IMG/VR virus record: IMGVR_UViG_3300043959_000228
Source: a virus
Lineage: Duplodnaviria > Caudoviricetes
Reading direction: 5' to 3' (one strand)
Length of the DNA: 64,000 nt
Part shown: positions 28,954 to 38,908 of the stretch, piece by piece
Layout of the letters: each line of letters starts with the position of its first letter
Numbering within the stretch: the stretch's first letter is position 1
Notes under the pieces: model-generated
Database searches by the model: none
What the model saw: only the letters and a program-made list of their open reading frames with translations
Told to the model about the DNA's origin: nothing
Program-made: the position numbers and the translations under genes

Positions 28954-30198
28954 ATGCCATCATTATCAGGAGGACTATCTATGCCAGCTATTCGTCAAGC
29001 GCGATATGAGCTGGTGTCAGATCTGAATTCTGTCAGCAGATTACTGCCATTGAAGAAATTGATATGGGCGTATGGACGATATCACGCTAAGCCAACTGAG
29101 GTTCCAACGGCCGACGGTCTGGCTCAGAGTGGATATAGAGCACTCGTATACGAGGAGCTTACAGAGCGCGATGAATCATGGCGCATTGCCTTGCTCTTTA
29201 GAATCGGACGAGAGAAGAAGAGCGTATGGCATACTGTCGTCAGCATCGATTACGTTCTTATTGATCCTTCTGCCAGAATCACATTTACAAAACTCAGTTC
29301 CTGCGTCAGACTCTTATCGCAATTCTCGTTAAAGCATCTTAAGGCATCGTGCATTGACATTCTTATCAATTTAGAGAATCAGTCTAATCCAGCATTGAAG
29401 AAATACCTGCAACGAGCCTTCATCAATGAGGGTATGACCGTGTCTAATGATGGTTCATCATGTGCTAAGAGATTACGAGACGTCGATGACGATGGTAAGA
29501 ACACAGTCAATCTACCATTACCGAATGTTGTCAAATCTGAGGTAAAGGGTCTACGACCAGCCGTTCAATCAACCATTAAGAGTCAGAATACCAAGGATGG
29601 TGAGCGTGTCATCTTCGTCGGACGTATTCCTAAGGGCAGTAAGAATCATAAGCTCATTCTCTCATTCTGCAAGAAACATGATGGGTGGATGAATCCTAAG
29701 TTAAGTGATCGTACTAGCTATATGCAAACGACATTCACCGGAGAAGGCAATGTGAACGCCTATGTGGAGTCGTTAGTCCAGGATGCACATTTTATCATCG
29801 TACTAGACGCTGACAAGCGTATGACCGGATTTATGGCTTTTATCGCTGGATACTCAATGTCATCGATATCGAATATGCAGAAAGGTGGATTCTCTAATCC
29901 ATCAAAGTACGTATCACCAGAACGAGTGATTTACGTTCCGGCAATTGTCTGTGATTCGAGATTCGGTGGATTATGGACGAAGAAAGGATTGCAACAGGCC
30001 GTTAGCCTATGGAAGATGTTATTCACCATCGTGTCTGATAAGAAGAATCGTAATGAGTACGAGTTAATAGGATCAATCGTCGGTAAGGATAGTGTTCATG
30101 CTCATTTGCTGGAGGCTCTTGGATTCACTTGCAAATCAACGATGAGCAATCTTCCATGGCATGCACGAGCCTCATCAATATACGCTCGACATACATGA
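28954..30198 (+). CDS. hypothetical protein with degenerate GNAT-like folds
   Basis: IIVLDADKRMTGFMAF...IYVPAIVCDSRFGG...LLEALGF is GNAT-like. Confidence 0.4.
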   Translation: MPSLSGGLSMPAIRQARYELVSDLNSVSRLLPLKKLIWAYGRYHAKPTEVPTADGLAQSGYRALVYEELTERDESWRIALLFRIGREKKSVWHTVVSIDYVLIDPSARITFTKLSSCVRLLSQFSLKHLKASCIDILINLENQSNPALKKYLQRAFINEGMTVSNDGSSCAKRLRDVDDDGKNTVNLPLPNVVKSEVKGLRPAVQSTIKSQNTKDGERVIFVGRIPKGSKNHKLILSFCKKHDGWMNPKLSDRTSYMQTTFTGEGNVNAYVESLVQDAHFIIVLDADKRMTGFMAFIAGYSMSSISNMQKGGFSNPSKYVSPERVIYVPAIVCDSRFGGLWTKKGLQQAVSLWKMLFTIVSDKKNRNEYELIGSIVGKDSVHAHLLEALGFTCKSTMSNLPWHARASSIYARHT

Positions 30199-30230
30199 TC
30201 TTCTAATCGTCACCCTGATATCTTCATTGT

Positions 30231-30851
30231 ATGTCAGATGAAAAAGTATCCAGATTAGCTTCCTCTAATGTCCAGGTAAAGACCGGATATGTAATAGGCT
30301 CGTTAATCAAACGTATTATCAAGGCCGTACTGATTATTATGGCTTGTTTGTTTATCGTGTATTCAGTCGTGCTTGTACCAACGGCTGTTCGAGTATTATA
30401 CACGGATAATTTCGGATTAGTCCTGACAAAAGACCCGACCATCAAAATGGGTAAGATACCATCTGGTAAGACAGAATTAGTCATTATTGGATCTGGAATA
30501 AATGCGACTGAAACTGCCAAATCTAAAATCACCGCCGCCTTTACGCCACATCAGTCTACATCTATTGTGAAAATAGCCGGTGGCCCTACTGGTCATCTAA
30601 AGATTGACGACGCGACAGGGCTCGCCAGTATCGATGGTAAGACCATCAATAATTCTAGAAAACCGCTTAATTACGCATCAGTCGTGAAGAATAAGTACCT
30701 TCTTGATAATCAGTATTACGTGCAGTGTCTGAAAGGATCATGTCAACAAGGACAATTCTATGTTATGGATCAAACGGATATTCTTGGTGAAGTAAAGACC
30801 AATGATACTGATCAACCATTGATCGATGTCTTAAAGGAGCAACGCTCATGA
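30231..30851 (+). CDS. membrane protein, degenerate S26 signal peptidase-like
   Basis: One TM; VKIAGGPTG, IDGKTI, NQYYVQ and DILGEV follow the S26 layout, but the SxSM and GDN motifs are absent. Confidence 0.45.
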   Translation: MSDEKVSRLASSNVQVKTGYVIGSLIKRIIKAVLIIMACLFIVYSVVLVPTAVRVLYTDNFGLVLTKDPTIKMGKIPSGKTELVIIGSGINATETAKSKITAAFTPHQSTSIVKIAGGPTGHLKIDDATGLASIDGKTINNSRKPLNYASVVKNKYLLDNQYYVQCLKGSCQQGQFYVMDQTDILGEVKTNDTDQPLIDVLKEQRS

Positions 30852-31093
30852 GCATGAATTTTAATCCATTATACGATAATAAACCTTGGTCTGAACCCAA
30901 GGATAGAGAAACGCCAGAAATTGCTGATAAGCATGACGAGACGATCCTCGATAAGAAACTCCGCCGTAAATCTAAAGATAATCGAGGATCAATAGTGATT
31001 CTTCACAGAATCTTAGGTGGCGTTATTATCATTGCGGCCATATCAGCTATAGGATTATTGCTCTATGGTGGATTCGTATACGCTTTCCTATAA
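30848..31093 (+). CDS. small membrane protein
   Basis: 81 aa, C-terminal TM, ATGA overlap. Confidence 0.6.
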   Translation: MSMNFNPLYDNKPWSEPKDRETPEIADKHDETILDKKLRRKSKDNRGSIVILHRILGGVIIIAAISAIGLLLYGGFVYAFL

Positions 31094-31182
31094 ATGGTCT
31101 TCAGATTTTATCGGTGATATCTTCATCTTGTTATATATGTATATGGTATTAAACAGCTTCGCGGCTAAGGGGTAAACAAAAT

Positions 31183-31908
31183 ATGATACAGAGTTTGAGG
31201 TCATTCCTCCATAAGCGACTACGATCTGAGAAAGCTGAGAACACCATTACTTTTCTGATCGCCTTTCCTTTCCTATGGTGTATTATTATGACCATTATCG
31301 ATTTTGGCGTTTATGTCAATAACACGACGACACTTCGATCAGATCTTCGTGATGGCGCTCGAACAGTAGCTATCTTCGGTGGAACAAATACTGTTGTTAG
31401 TGACGCCTATCTGAAGGAATGTACATCAACATCATCTCAAGGTGGATCGTCCAGGGGATATACAACTTCTGATAACGGCATAGCTTGTCTTGTGTCAAAT
31501 AAAATTAATGCTAATACATCGTATGTCAATAATATGGTTATTAGCAATATTCAATGTGGCCCTGTAAGCGGCGTTTCCGTAGGACAATCCACATGGTGTT
31601 CTGCACACTATCTGTACACTGGCATGCCGGGTTCTGCTCTAAGTCTCTTTGGCGGTGGCGTATCTAGTTTCAATACTGGTGGTGGAACGGTTGCCACGAA
31701 GAGCGGTGATGAAGGATGGAATGCAGGTACCATCAAGGCCTCGGCACAATCAGAGGTTAGTACGAATTATGATCAAGAGGATAATTCTAATGACTCTATG
31801 CTCGATTATAACTCGACGCCAACGTCTACGGCAACGCCGACACCAACGACAACATCCGGTCACTTTGGCGGTGGCGGAAACATGTCGACACAACCAAATC
31901 TTAATTAA
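31183..31908 (+). CDS. TadE-like pseudopilin
   Basis: Basic leader, then FLIAFPFLWCIIMTIIDFG...LRDGARTVA; Cys pairs. Confidence 0.75.
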   Translation: MIQSLRSFLHKRLRSEKAENTITFLIAFPFLWCIIMTIIDFGVYVNNTTTLRSDLRDGARTVAIFGGTNTVVSDAYLKECTSTSSQGGSSRGYTTSDNGIACLVSNKINANTSYVNNMVISNIQCGPVSGVSVGQSTWCSAHYLYTGMPGSALSLFGGGVSSFNTGGGTVATKSGDEGWNAGTIKASAQSEVSTNYDQEDNSNDSMLDYNSTPTSTATPTPTTTSGHFGGGGNMSTQPNLN

Positions 31909-31938
31909 TCAATCGTAGAGGAGTGCAGGAGGTATCAA

Positions 31939-32940
31939 ATGAATCCACGAACGAAACGCTTCCTCACGAAGCTACGATCAGAAGCTGCTGACACCATGTC
32001 CATGGTTATTCTAACAGCATTACCAATGATCTTGTTCTTCGCAGGATGGACCATCGATTATACGAAGAATGCTGCCGTCAGATCTGATTTGAATGACATC
32101 GCTCAAGAGTCTGTGCAATCAGCTGTCCGAGAACAGAATTCCTCAGGTGCATTGCAATGTGGACAGGACTCCACGTATGAAATGACTCACGATTCGACTC
32201 CTCAGCTCGTAGTCCGGGGTCTTTCTAAGATTCAACGATTAGCTCAGGGAGATTATACTGCTATTAATGGCGTCTCTGGAACTGGTAACAGTATGACTTA
32301 TTCTGGAGGAGGAAAGTTCAATAAGAACTCAGCAGCTAGTCTATCACAGTTAGCCGCCGCGTATTTGCAGAAGACTGGTCGTGACTCAGGAACGACCAGT
32401 GTGTATGGGAGCAATGATAAATACAGCGCTGCGAATGACGCAAGATTTGTGTCGTCAATGAGGAGTTTTGTTGATAAGGGCGTACACGACTCAGCCGAGC
32501 AGTCAACTCTTGAGAAGAACTACGGATATTCAGGCGCGTACGATGCAGCCGCTGGAACTCGTCCAGGTAATAATTCATCTCAGAATAAGACACACACCTT
32601 CTATAATGGTACAAGTTTTGATGGCACCGGATCTGACCTAGGCGTTAATAACAGTCTGAACTCAGGATCACCGGCTAATAGCTTTACAGTAAACAACGAT
32701 GACACGTTGGTCATGATCATTACATGCAGTAAGGGTCTAAAGAACGCTGGATCATATAATGAGGACACTGTAGGATCATCTAACACCTTCACTACAATTG
32801 ATGTTGATATTCGTGATTGGACATCAAACTTTGTAATGGGCATGTTTAATTCCGAATGGGATGTCCAACGATTCAGAATTAATCCTCGTGCAACGACATC
32901 TTGGTCTACATCGGTTGTCGGTTATCCTAATGTTACATGA
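31939..32940 (+). CDS. TadG/TadE-like pilus protein
   Basis: Basic leader, then ILTALPMILFFAGWTIDY...DLNDIAQESVQSA; AGGAGG RBS. Confidence 0.7.
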   Translation: MNPRTKRFLTKLRSEAADTMSMVILTALPMILFFAGWTIDYTKNAAVRSDLNDIAQESVQSAVREQNSSGALQCGQDSTYEMTHDSTPQLVVRGLSKIQRLAQGDYTAINGVSGTGNSMTYSGGGKFNKNSAASLSQLAAAYLQKTGRDSGTTSVYGSNDKYSAANDARFVSSMRSFVDKGVHDSAEQSTLEKNYGYSGAYDAAAGTRPGNNSSQNKTHTFYNGTSFDGTGSDLGVNNSLNSGSPANSFTVNNDDTLVMIITCSKGLKNAGSYNEDTVGSSNTFTTIDVDIRDWTSNFVMGMFNSEWDVQRFRINPRATTSWSTSVVGYPNVT

Positions 32941-32973
32941 GAAATACTGATTCTAAGACCCTGAAATCATTCG

Positions 32974-33074
32974 TCTAGTATAATGTATCATCTGAGGGTT
33001 CTCACAGCCATCACCAATCTTAATAGGCTCAGAACGTGAATCTTTACTCACGTTCTGAGCCTAACTAGATCTAA
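32974..33074 (-). repeat. dispersed 101-bp repeat, copy 2, with 16-bp hairpin (33024-33063)
   Basis: Inverted copy of 3331-3431; lies between convergent genes. Confidence 0.9.
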
Positions 33075-33082
33075 GAACAATC

Positions 33083-33517
33083 TCATGAAAAAGAAATGGG
33101 TCTTACTGGCTTGCTATTCTCCTCAGTAATGCTTTCCATGATCTTTTCCTTAACATCCCTTTCATTTTGATCAAGTAACCGATTGTTCTCATCAGCAATC
33201 TTCTCCATGTCCTCATTAAACGTGAAGATTCTAGCTGTAGCGTCAAACGGTCCATATGGAACCTCGTCCCCGAACGTGCCGTCAGCATGTTCAAGGATAG
33301 ACTGTTCGTCTCTCGGCACGAAGATTGCATTCTTCCCAGATTGCAATCCATAATCACTAAGATTCACTGAAACCGTTGCATAGATCTCTCCAGAAGGATC
33401 TCCAGGATATCTGGCTTGAATGGCTAATGCGCCATTCAGAAAATATCGAGTCGGAATCAGTTCTAGATTCTCACCGTCAGCGTCCTTGCCTTTAGTGTTA
33501 GATGCATGTAAAATCAT
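33083..33517 (-). CDS. DUF4313-like protein
   Basis: YFLNGALAIQ...GEIYATVSVNL...NAIFV pattern; AAGGA RBS. Confidence 0.55.
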   Translation of the reverse strand: MILHASNTKGKDADGENLELIPTRYFLNGALAIQARYPGDPSGEIYATVSVNLSDYGLQSGKNAIFVPRDEQSILEHADGTFGDEVPYGPFDATARIFTFNEDMEKIADENNRLLDQNERDVKEKIMESITEENSKPVRPISFS

Positions 33518-33553
33518 TATCAGTCCTTCTACTATTCCGATATAAACAATATC

Positions 33554-33583
33554 ATAATAACATCATTGGTATAGTCTTGTCAA
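33554..33583 (-). promoter_or_regulatory. sigma-70/SigA-type promoter
   Basis: TTGACA-N18-TATTAT on the minus strand upstream of 33517. Confidence 0.65.
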
Positions 33584-33606
33584 CATATGTGCACATTTAC
33601 TAGTAA

Positions 33607-33635
33607 TTGCCATATAGAATTATTTTTGATATGAT
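33607..33635 (+). promoter_or_regulatory. sigma-70/SigA-type promoter of a leaderless gene
   Basis: TTGCCA-N17-TATGAT, with ATG 7 nt downstream. Confidence 0.6.
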
Positions 33636-33642
33636 TCATCAC

Positions 33643-33882
33643 ATGAAAACAATTGCGAAATGGAATACTGAAGATCATACGTATCACGATATAGACATTC
33701 CTGAGGATTGGAATGTCAAAACATATTCATCAGATCTTGATGAAATCATTACTTGTCCTAACTGTGGACATGAATTGACATATGGCGATGGATATTGCTC
33801 ACATCTATATCAGACCGAGCATGGTATGGGATACTCGGTCTGTGAAGATTGCTACGCTAATGAAGATAACGCTATCGGGTAG
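33643..33882 (+). CDS. small zinc-finger protein
   Basis: CPNCG...CEDC. Confidence 0.65.
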   Translation: MKTIAKWNTEDHTYHDIDIPEDWNVKTYSSDLDEIITCPNCGHELTYGDGYCSHLYQTEHGMGYSVCEDCYANEDNAIG

Positions 33883-35266
33883 AACCCACCGGCGTGGTTC
33901 CAACGACATCGACCTTCGTACCAATGGGAGCAAAGTCATAGATCCATTTAGCGTCATTGACATTCATATTGATGCATCCATGGGACGATGAAATGCCATG
34001 CGCGATATTATAGGTGTTCCATGGTGCGCCATGGAATCCTTCTCCACCATTGAAATACGATATCCATGGAACATTCGGCGTCACGTAATCAGCACCACGC
34101 ATTGTCTGTGTCGTATATTTGACATTGACATAAAAGACACCATTATCGGTTGTCTTATCAGCCTGTCCGCCTTTCCCGGTGGCAGCATTCAATGTGTTCA
34201 CTAAAGTTGATCCCTTATACGCGTAGACGCGTTGTTCGGAAAGATTGACTTGAATCCAAGGAGAACCATTCGCTGATGTGAAATCTCCAGGAGCGTTCTT
34301 CTTAGTCACAGGGCTATCAATGATTTTCCATTCAGCGGTTATCTGAGCGTCGATTCCCTTCTTCATAGCATTCATGATGACTGAGACACTATCATCAGGG
34401 ACAAGTAACTCCTTACCATTCGATCCGTAGGTTATGGTTGCAATTTTCGCTGACCCGTCAGGAGTCATCATATTTACCGTTGGCGTTGCTTCTAATCCTA
34501 ATCCTTTGACATACTGATCAAATGCGCTCTTAGCTACATCGTTATTCCAGACAATGTCTTTTGATTGATTGTCTATAGTCATCATAGAAGCAATAACACT
34601 CGTTGGTATCGTTTCTGATCCCGTATTCGTTTGTATAATATATGATCGACGAAGAATGGTATTTGCCCGTTCAATAGTCTTGTTAAGATCGTCATGTGCT
34701 GATGGTTGGACATCGTCCTTCCTCGTCGTTGTAACGGATGTGGTGATATTATCCAGTTTCCCATTTTTGACCATGGCTTGAATAATAGGATCGACGTCAA
34801 TACTAGAGCCGTTCTTACCTGTGACGAGAGTATAATCATTCGTATTACCGGAGAACGATGCTGAGGCTTGTTGAACAGCCTGATCACCGAGAAAATCCAT
34901 ATTCAATTTCGCGGTCATGTTTTCAGAGTCGATCGTCACGGGTATGTCTACACGTCTATTGATGAATGATTGACCTATTGACCTTCGTTCCGAGGCCTGT
35001 TTCACTGTAGAGTCAATATTTGCTGTGATACCTAGATCGTGTAGTGTATACGTGTGATGCTGAGATCCCACGGACACAGTAATCCTCTGATGCTGAAGAG
35101 CAGTCTTCGCTTGCTTAACCGTCATTCCAGAAACATTCAATCCAGCTATTGATGTGTTTTCAATAGTGTTCGATGATGATGGTATGATGAACAGACAGCC
35201 GATACTGATAGCAATGACGCCGATGACGATAGCCGACGTTACGATGACCTTGTTTTTAACGTTCAT
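33872..35266 (-). CDS. L,D-transpeptidase (YkuD) with PG-binding-like N-terminal region
   Basis: N-terminal TM; IQVNLSEQRVY, GFHGAPW, SSHGCINM. Confidence 0.92.
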   Translation of the reverse strand: MNVKNKVIVTSAIVIGVIAISIGCLFIIPSSSNTIENTSIAGLNVSGMTVKQAKTALQHQRITVSVGSQHHTYTLHDLGITANIDSTVKQASERRSIGQSFINRRVDIPVTIDSENMTAKLNMDFLGDQAVQQASASFSGNTNDYTLVTGKNGSSIDVDPIIQAMVKNGKLDNITTSVTTTRKDDVQPSAHDDLNKTIERANTILRRSYIIQTNTGSETIPTSVIASMMTIDNQSKDIVWNNDVAKSAFDQYVKGLGLEATPTVNMMTPDGSAKIATITYGSNGKELLVPDDSVSVIMNAMKKGIDAQITAEWKIIDSPVTKKNAPGDFTSANGSPWIQVNLSEQRVYAYKGSTLVNTLNAATGKGGQADKTTDNGVFYVNVKYTTQTMRGADYVTPNVPWISYFNGGEGFHGAPWNTYNIAHGISSSHGCINMNVNDAKWIYDFAPIGTKVDVVGTTPVGSTR

Positions 35267-35610
35267 AATTGTTGTAATCCCTCGATGACATCTCGCTCAG
35301 CCGTAAGATAGATTTTATGATATCGCTCATGTTTGAGCGTAATCATAATGACTGGATGATCTCCTTGAACAAAGCAGAAATCTCGTGTCCTATCCGTTAG
35401 ATTGACGGTTTCGCCAATATGCATCTGATACATTGACGTGCCCATGGTCTTAAATCGATCTAAATGGGCCTTAGACTTATCGAGATGATAATTAATGGAT
35501 ACGATGTTTCTTCGTTGGAAGCTCATTTTATTTTTCATTGACGCAATCTTGCTCATGCCGTCAAACTCAATGATCACTACGCCATTTCGCTGAATGATTC
35601 TAATGGACAC
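35263..35610 (-). CDS. small bacterial PH-like protein
   Basis: 115 aa, beta-rich, ITLKHERYHKIYL; coupled to the LDT gene. Confidence 0.45.
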   Translation of the reverse strand: MSIRIIQRNGVVIIEFDGMSKIASMKNKMSFQRRNIVSINYHLDKSKAHLDRFKTMGTSMYQMHIGETVNLTDRTRDFCFVQGDHPVIMITLKHERYHKIYLTAERDVIEGLQQL

Positions 35611-35789
35611 GATATTCTTCTCCCTGATGGCTACCTATGCATAATATGACATGGTACCAACGATATAAGGATATAACAATTGTATGTTTGGTTCATATTA
35701 TGATAATCCGTGATATAATGACGCATGTAATTAGTAAACAACCTATTATACAAGGCTGAGGTATCAGCTTTACACAGGGGTGAATTATT

Positions 35790-36557
35790 ATGAAGAGTAT
35801 GATTAGTAATCTTCGAACCGGATTCGCGTATGCATTGAATCCTAAGAACATCATCAAAGAGCTCATTGATTGGACGAAATTTGAATGGGCGTTGCTCGCT
35901 ACGTTACTTACCGTGCAGACAGGTGCTTTTATCATTGGATCTGATTATTCCATCATGGGATGGATCGGTCTACTTACTGGGATCGCGACTATCCTTTCCC
36001 TCGTCCTCGTGAATAAGGGCCGATTAACCAATTATGTTTGGGGATTCCTTGGTAGCGTGACTTGGTTCATCGTAGCGATACACAACTGGTTGATTGGTGA
36101 CATGTTCAGTCAGGCTTTTTATGTTGTGATGCAGATAGTCGGATTGTACACCTGGGCACGATTGCTCTCTAAGTCGTCTAAGGACACGGTGTCTGCACGC
36201 AAGATGAAGCCATTGCAGGGCGTGCTCAGTATTATCGGAACCATCGCTATCTATGCCATTGTGGTCACGGTGTCTATCCACGCTGACGGTAATCAGATAT
36301 GGCTTGATGGCACACTACTTCCACTTGGCATTGCAGGACAGACCCTGATGACTTTCGGCTATCGTAGCCAGTGGTTCGCTTGGATTGCTCTTGACATCGT
36401 GAATGTCGTGATTTGGTTTAACCAGCTACAGAGTGGAGGTGTGGCTGCAGTGAGCATGTTGGTATTACAGATCGTCATGCTACTGAATGCCTTCTACGGA
36501 GCCTACTGCTGGTTCAAGTCTTCTAATGACACGCCGAAGGTATCGACCAATGATTAA
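35790..36557 (+). CDS. pnuC: nicotinamide riboside transporter PnuC
   Basis: Multi-TM; KGRLTNYVWG, QIVGLYTW, WLDG, YRSQWFAWIALD, NAFYGAYCW. Confidence 0.9.
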   Translation: MKSMISNLRTGFAYALNPKNIIKELIDWTKFEWALLATLLTVQTGAFIIGSDYSIMGWIGLLTGIATILSLVLVNKGRLTNYVWGFLGSVTWFIVAIHNWLIGDMFSQAFYVVMQIVGLYTWARLLSKSSKDTVSARKMKPLQGVLSIIGTIAIYAIVVTVSIHADGNQIWLDGTLLPLGIAGQTLMTFGYRSQWFAWIALDIVNVVIWFNQLQSGGVAAVSMLVLQIVMLLNAFYGAYCWFKSSNDTPKVSTND

Positions 36558-36605
36558 TGTTACAATAGACGTATTGACAAGGTACATAATCGTAGGGGAT
36601 GCATC

Positions 36606-37178
36606 ATGACAGATTTTCATATCGATATCAACCATCAGATGGTGTCGAATCAGCAAGTATTCGCTGGCCCTATCTTCACCATTGATCAGAGAGTCATTGA
36701 CATTCAGGGTAATCAGGTAATGCGACAAATCGTCAATCATGCACCAGTCGTGTACATTCTGGCTCATAACATCGATAATGATACGTATCTCCTAGAGAAA
36801 GAGTATCGTTCTGGTGTGGACGCCGTGTGCTACGGCCTCCCAGCTGGCTTTATTGATGATCATGAAACACCAATGACGGCAGCACAAAGAGAATTACAGG
36901 AGGAAACTGGTCTCATCGTGCAGGAGAGCGATCTTGAGCATGTCGGAGATTGGCACTCTAGTCAGGGATTCACTAATGAGCTTGCTCATGTATATCGTGT
37001 TGATGTTCATAAGCCAATCATTGGTTCTACATCATTTGACAAGGACGAGTTTGTCGAGTCTCAATGGGTGTCTTGGAATGACCTTTATGAATTGGTAAAG
37101 AATGGTGATCTATCAAGTGCTACGGCCGTAGCGACGGTATTGCATGAGGTTCTATTGAGGCAGGAGAAGGAATCATGA
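36606..37178 (+). CDS. Nudix hydrolase (ADP-ribose pyrophosphatase-like)
   Basis: Nudix box PAGFIDDHETPMTAAQRELQEETGL. Confidence 0.9.
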   Translation: MTDFHIDINHQMVSNQQVFAGPIFTIDQRVIDIQGNQVMRQIVNHAPVVYILAHNIDNDTYLLEKEYRSGVDAVCYGLPAGFIDDHETPMTAAQRELQEETGLIVQESDLEHVGDWHSSQGFTNELAHVYRVDVHKPIIGSTSFDKDEFVESQWVSWNDLYELVKNGDLSSATAVATVLHEVLLRQEKES

Positions 37179-38296
37179 GTCGTCAACGAATTGGTGTGGT
37201 ATTCGGCACGTTTGCTCCATTGCATGTCGGTCATCAACAGGAGATTTATAAGGCCGTAGCAGAATGTGGACAGGCTATCGTCATCGTCAGTGGATATCAG
37301 GGTGATCGTGGTGATCTAGTTGGTCTGCCCTTGCAGAAGAGGTATCGGTATCTACGAGAGGCCTATAGTGATGAAACGACCATCCACGTGGATATGATCG
37401 ATGAATCAGCAATACCAAGGTATCCTGATGGATGGGGTCCATGGCTTGATGCGCTCGTAGCTGTCATTCGGAGAAACACGCCAGAGGGCATGACTGATAG
37501 GGAGTATGTCCTCTATACTGGTGAGCAAGATTATATTGATGAGTTGTCAACAAGACTGCCGAATTATACGGATGATCATACATCATGGACGACCGTGAAA
37601 CTGGATAGGAGTCGCATACCTGTATCGGCAACCATGATTCGGTCTGATTCAATGCAGTACTGGTCGTTGATCAACCGTGTGTTCAGGCGTGCGTTCACGA
37701 AGAAAGTGCTCGTGATGGGATCAGCGTCAACTGGCAAATCTACTCTTGTACGAAGACTCGCTCGGTCAATTAATGCGCCATTTTCTGAGGAATACGCTCG
37801 AACATACGAGGAGGAGAGGAATCTTAAGGACGACGATCTTAGCGTGGCAGATTACGTGTCCTTCTTTGAGGGACAGGATCGAGTCAATTGTCAGGAGGTC
37901 AAATCACCATCAAATCAAGGTGTGGTCTTCTTTGATACTGACGCTATTGTCACGAAGACGTATGCTGAGCGGTATCTCCCTGAAACTGATCGTAGCCAAT
38001 GGGAGGCCGTTGCCCAGTTATACATCAATAGGGAATCGCCAGATCTCATTCTTCTGATCCCTCCGATGACTGACTATGTTGACGATGGATTCAGGAATAT
38101 GGACTGGGCCGCTGACACTGATGGCTTCTACTCGGCACTACTAGCCAATCTTCGGCAGGCTAATCTTATGGATAAGGTCGTCGTACTTGATGATGGCGGC
38201 ACGCCAGGCGACGAGGGTGGCTTCTACGCAAGATTGACGCATGCTAAGAAAGCCGTTGAGGATCATATTGGTGTCTCGATGGACTTCTTGGACTGA
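37175..38296 (+). CDS. nadR: NadR-type NMN adenylyltransferase / nicotinamide riboside kinase (no HTH)
   Basis: FGTFAPLHVGH, VSATMIR, GSASTGKST, EYAR, FFDTDA, YVDDGFR. Confidence 0.92.
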   Translation: MSRQRIGVVFGTFAPLHVGHQQEIYKAVAECGQAIVIVSGYQGDRGDLVGLPLQKRYRYLREAYSDETTIHVDMIDESAIPRYPDGWGPWLDALVAVIRRNTPEGMTDREYVLYTGEQDYIDELSTRLPNYTDDHTSWTTVKLDRSRIPVSATMIRSDSMQYWSLINRVFRRAFTKKVLVMGSASTGKSTLVRRLARSINAPFSEEYARTYEEERNLKDDDLSVADYVSFFEGQDRVNCQEVKSPSNQGVVFFDTDAIVTKTYAERYLPETDRSQWEAVAQLYINRESPDLILLIPPMTDYVDDGFRNMDWAADTDGFYSALLANLRQANLMDKVVVLDDGGTPGDEGGFYARLTHAKKAVEDHIGVSMDFLD

Positions 38297-38312
38297 TCCT
38301 GTTTTTCTGACT

Positions 38313-38362
38313 TGAGGACACGAAACTACAATCGTTGAATCAGATGTAGTTTCGTGTCCTCA
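38313..38362. terminator. 18-bp inverted repeat terminator
   Basis: TGAGGACACGAAACTACA...TGTAGTTTCGTGTCCTCA after nadR. Confidence 0.75.
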
Positions 38363-38428
38363 GATCGTTTATTCTGAATGCTATCAAATTGGTAATATAA
38401 TTATTATTCGATACGATTGGAGGACTAG

Positions 38429-38908
38429 ATGGTTGATCAGAGGGTTAGAGGCGTTCTCGATTGGGATGAATCCTACATGAGACTTGCTGAGGATATCGCT
38501 CATTTTAGATCGAAGGATCCGTCGACGCAGGTCGGTGCCTTCATTGTTGGCAGGGATCATAAGCCATTGTCCTTAGGCTATAATGGAACCCCTCATGGAT
38601 GGGATGACCGTGATTTTCCATGGGGTAAGACATCGTCGTCTAATCTTGACACGAAATATAAATTCGTCGTACACGCTGAGAGGAACGCTATTCTGAACGC
38701 TCCTGGTGGTGTGACGTCTCTACGTGATTCAACACTGTATACGACGTTGTTTCCATGTAGTGAATGCGCTAAGGACATCGCTCAGACAGGTATTCGAGAA
38801 GTGGTATTCAGAGAATATCGAGAATCAGAGGACGCTGATGCATCAAAGATGATTCTAAGCCATGCTGGTATTACCTGGAGATCAATAGGAGATTATGAGA
38901 ATGCGTAG
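38429..38908 (+). CDS. dCMP deaminase
   Basis: RSKDPSTQVGA, GYNG, HAERNA, PCSEC. Confidence 0.93.
   Translation: MVDQRVRGVLDWDESYMRLAEDIAHFRSKDPSTQVGAFIVGRDHKPLSLGYNGTPHGWDDRDFPWGKTSSSNLDTKYKFVVHAERNAILNAPGGVTSLRDSTLYTTLFPCSECAKDIAQTGIREVVFREYRESEDADASKMILSHAGITWRSIGDYENA

Noticed and set aside
35740-35790. Possible NAD+-II (pnuC) riboswitch; small hairpin AGGCTGA-GGTA-TCAGCTT before the RBS
   Set aside because: I could not match it to the riboswitch consensus or a pseudoknot; an Infernal search is needed.
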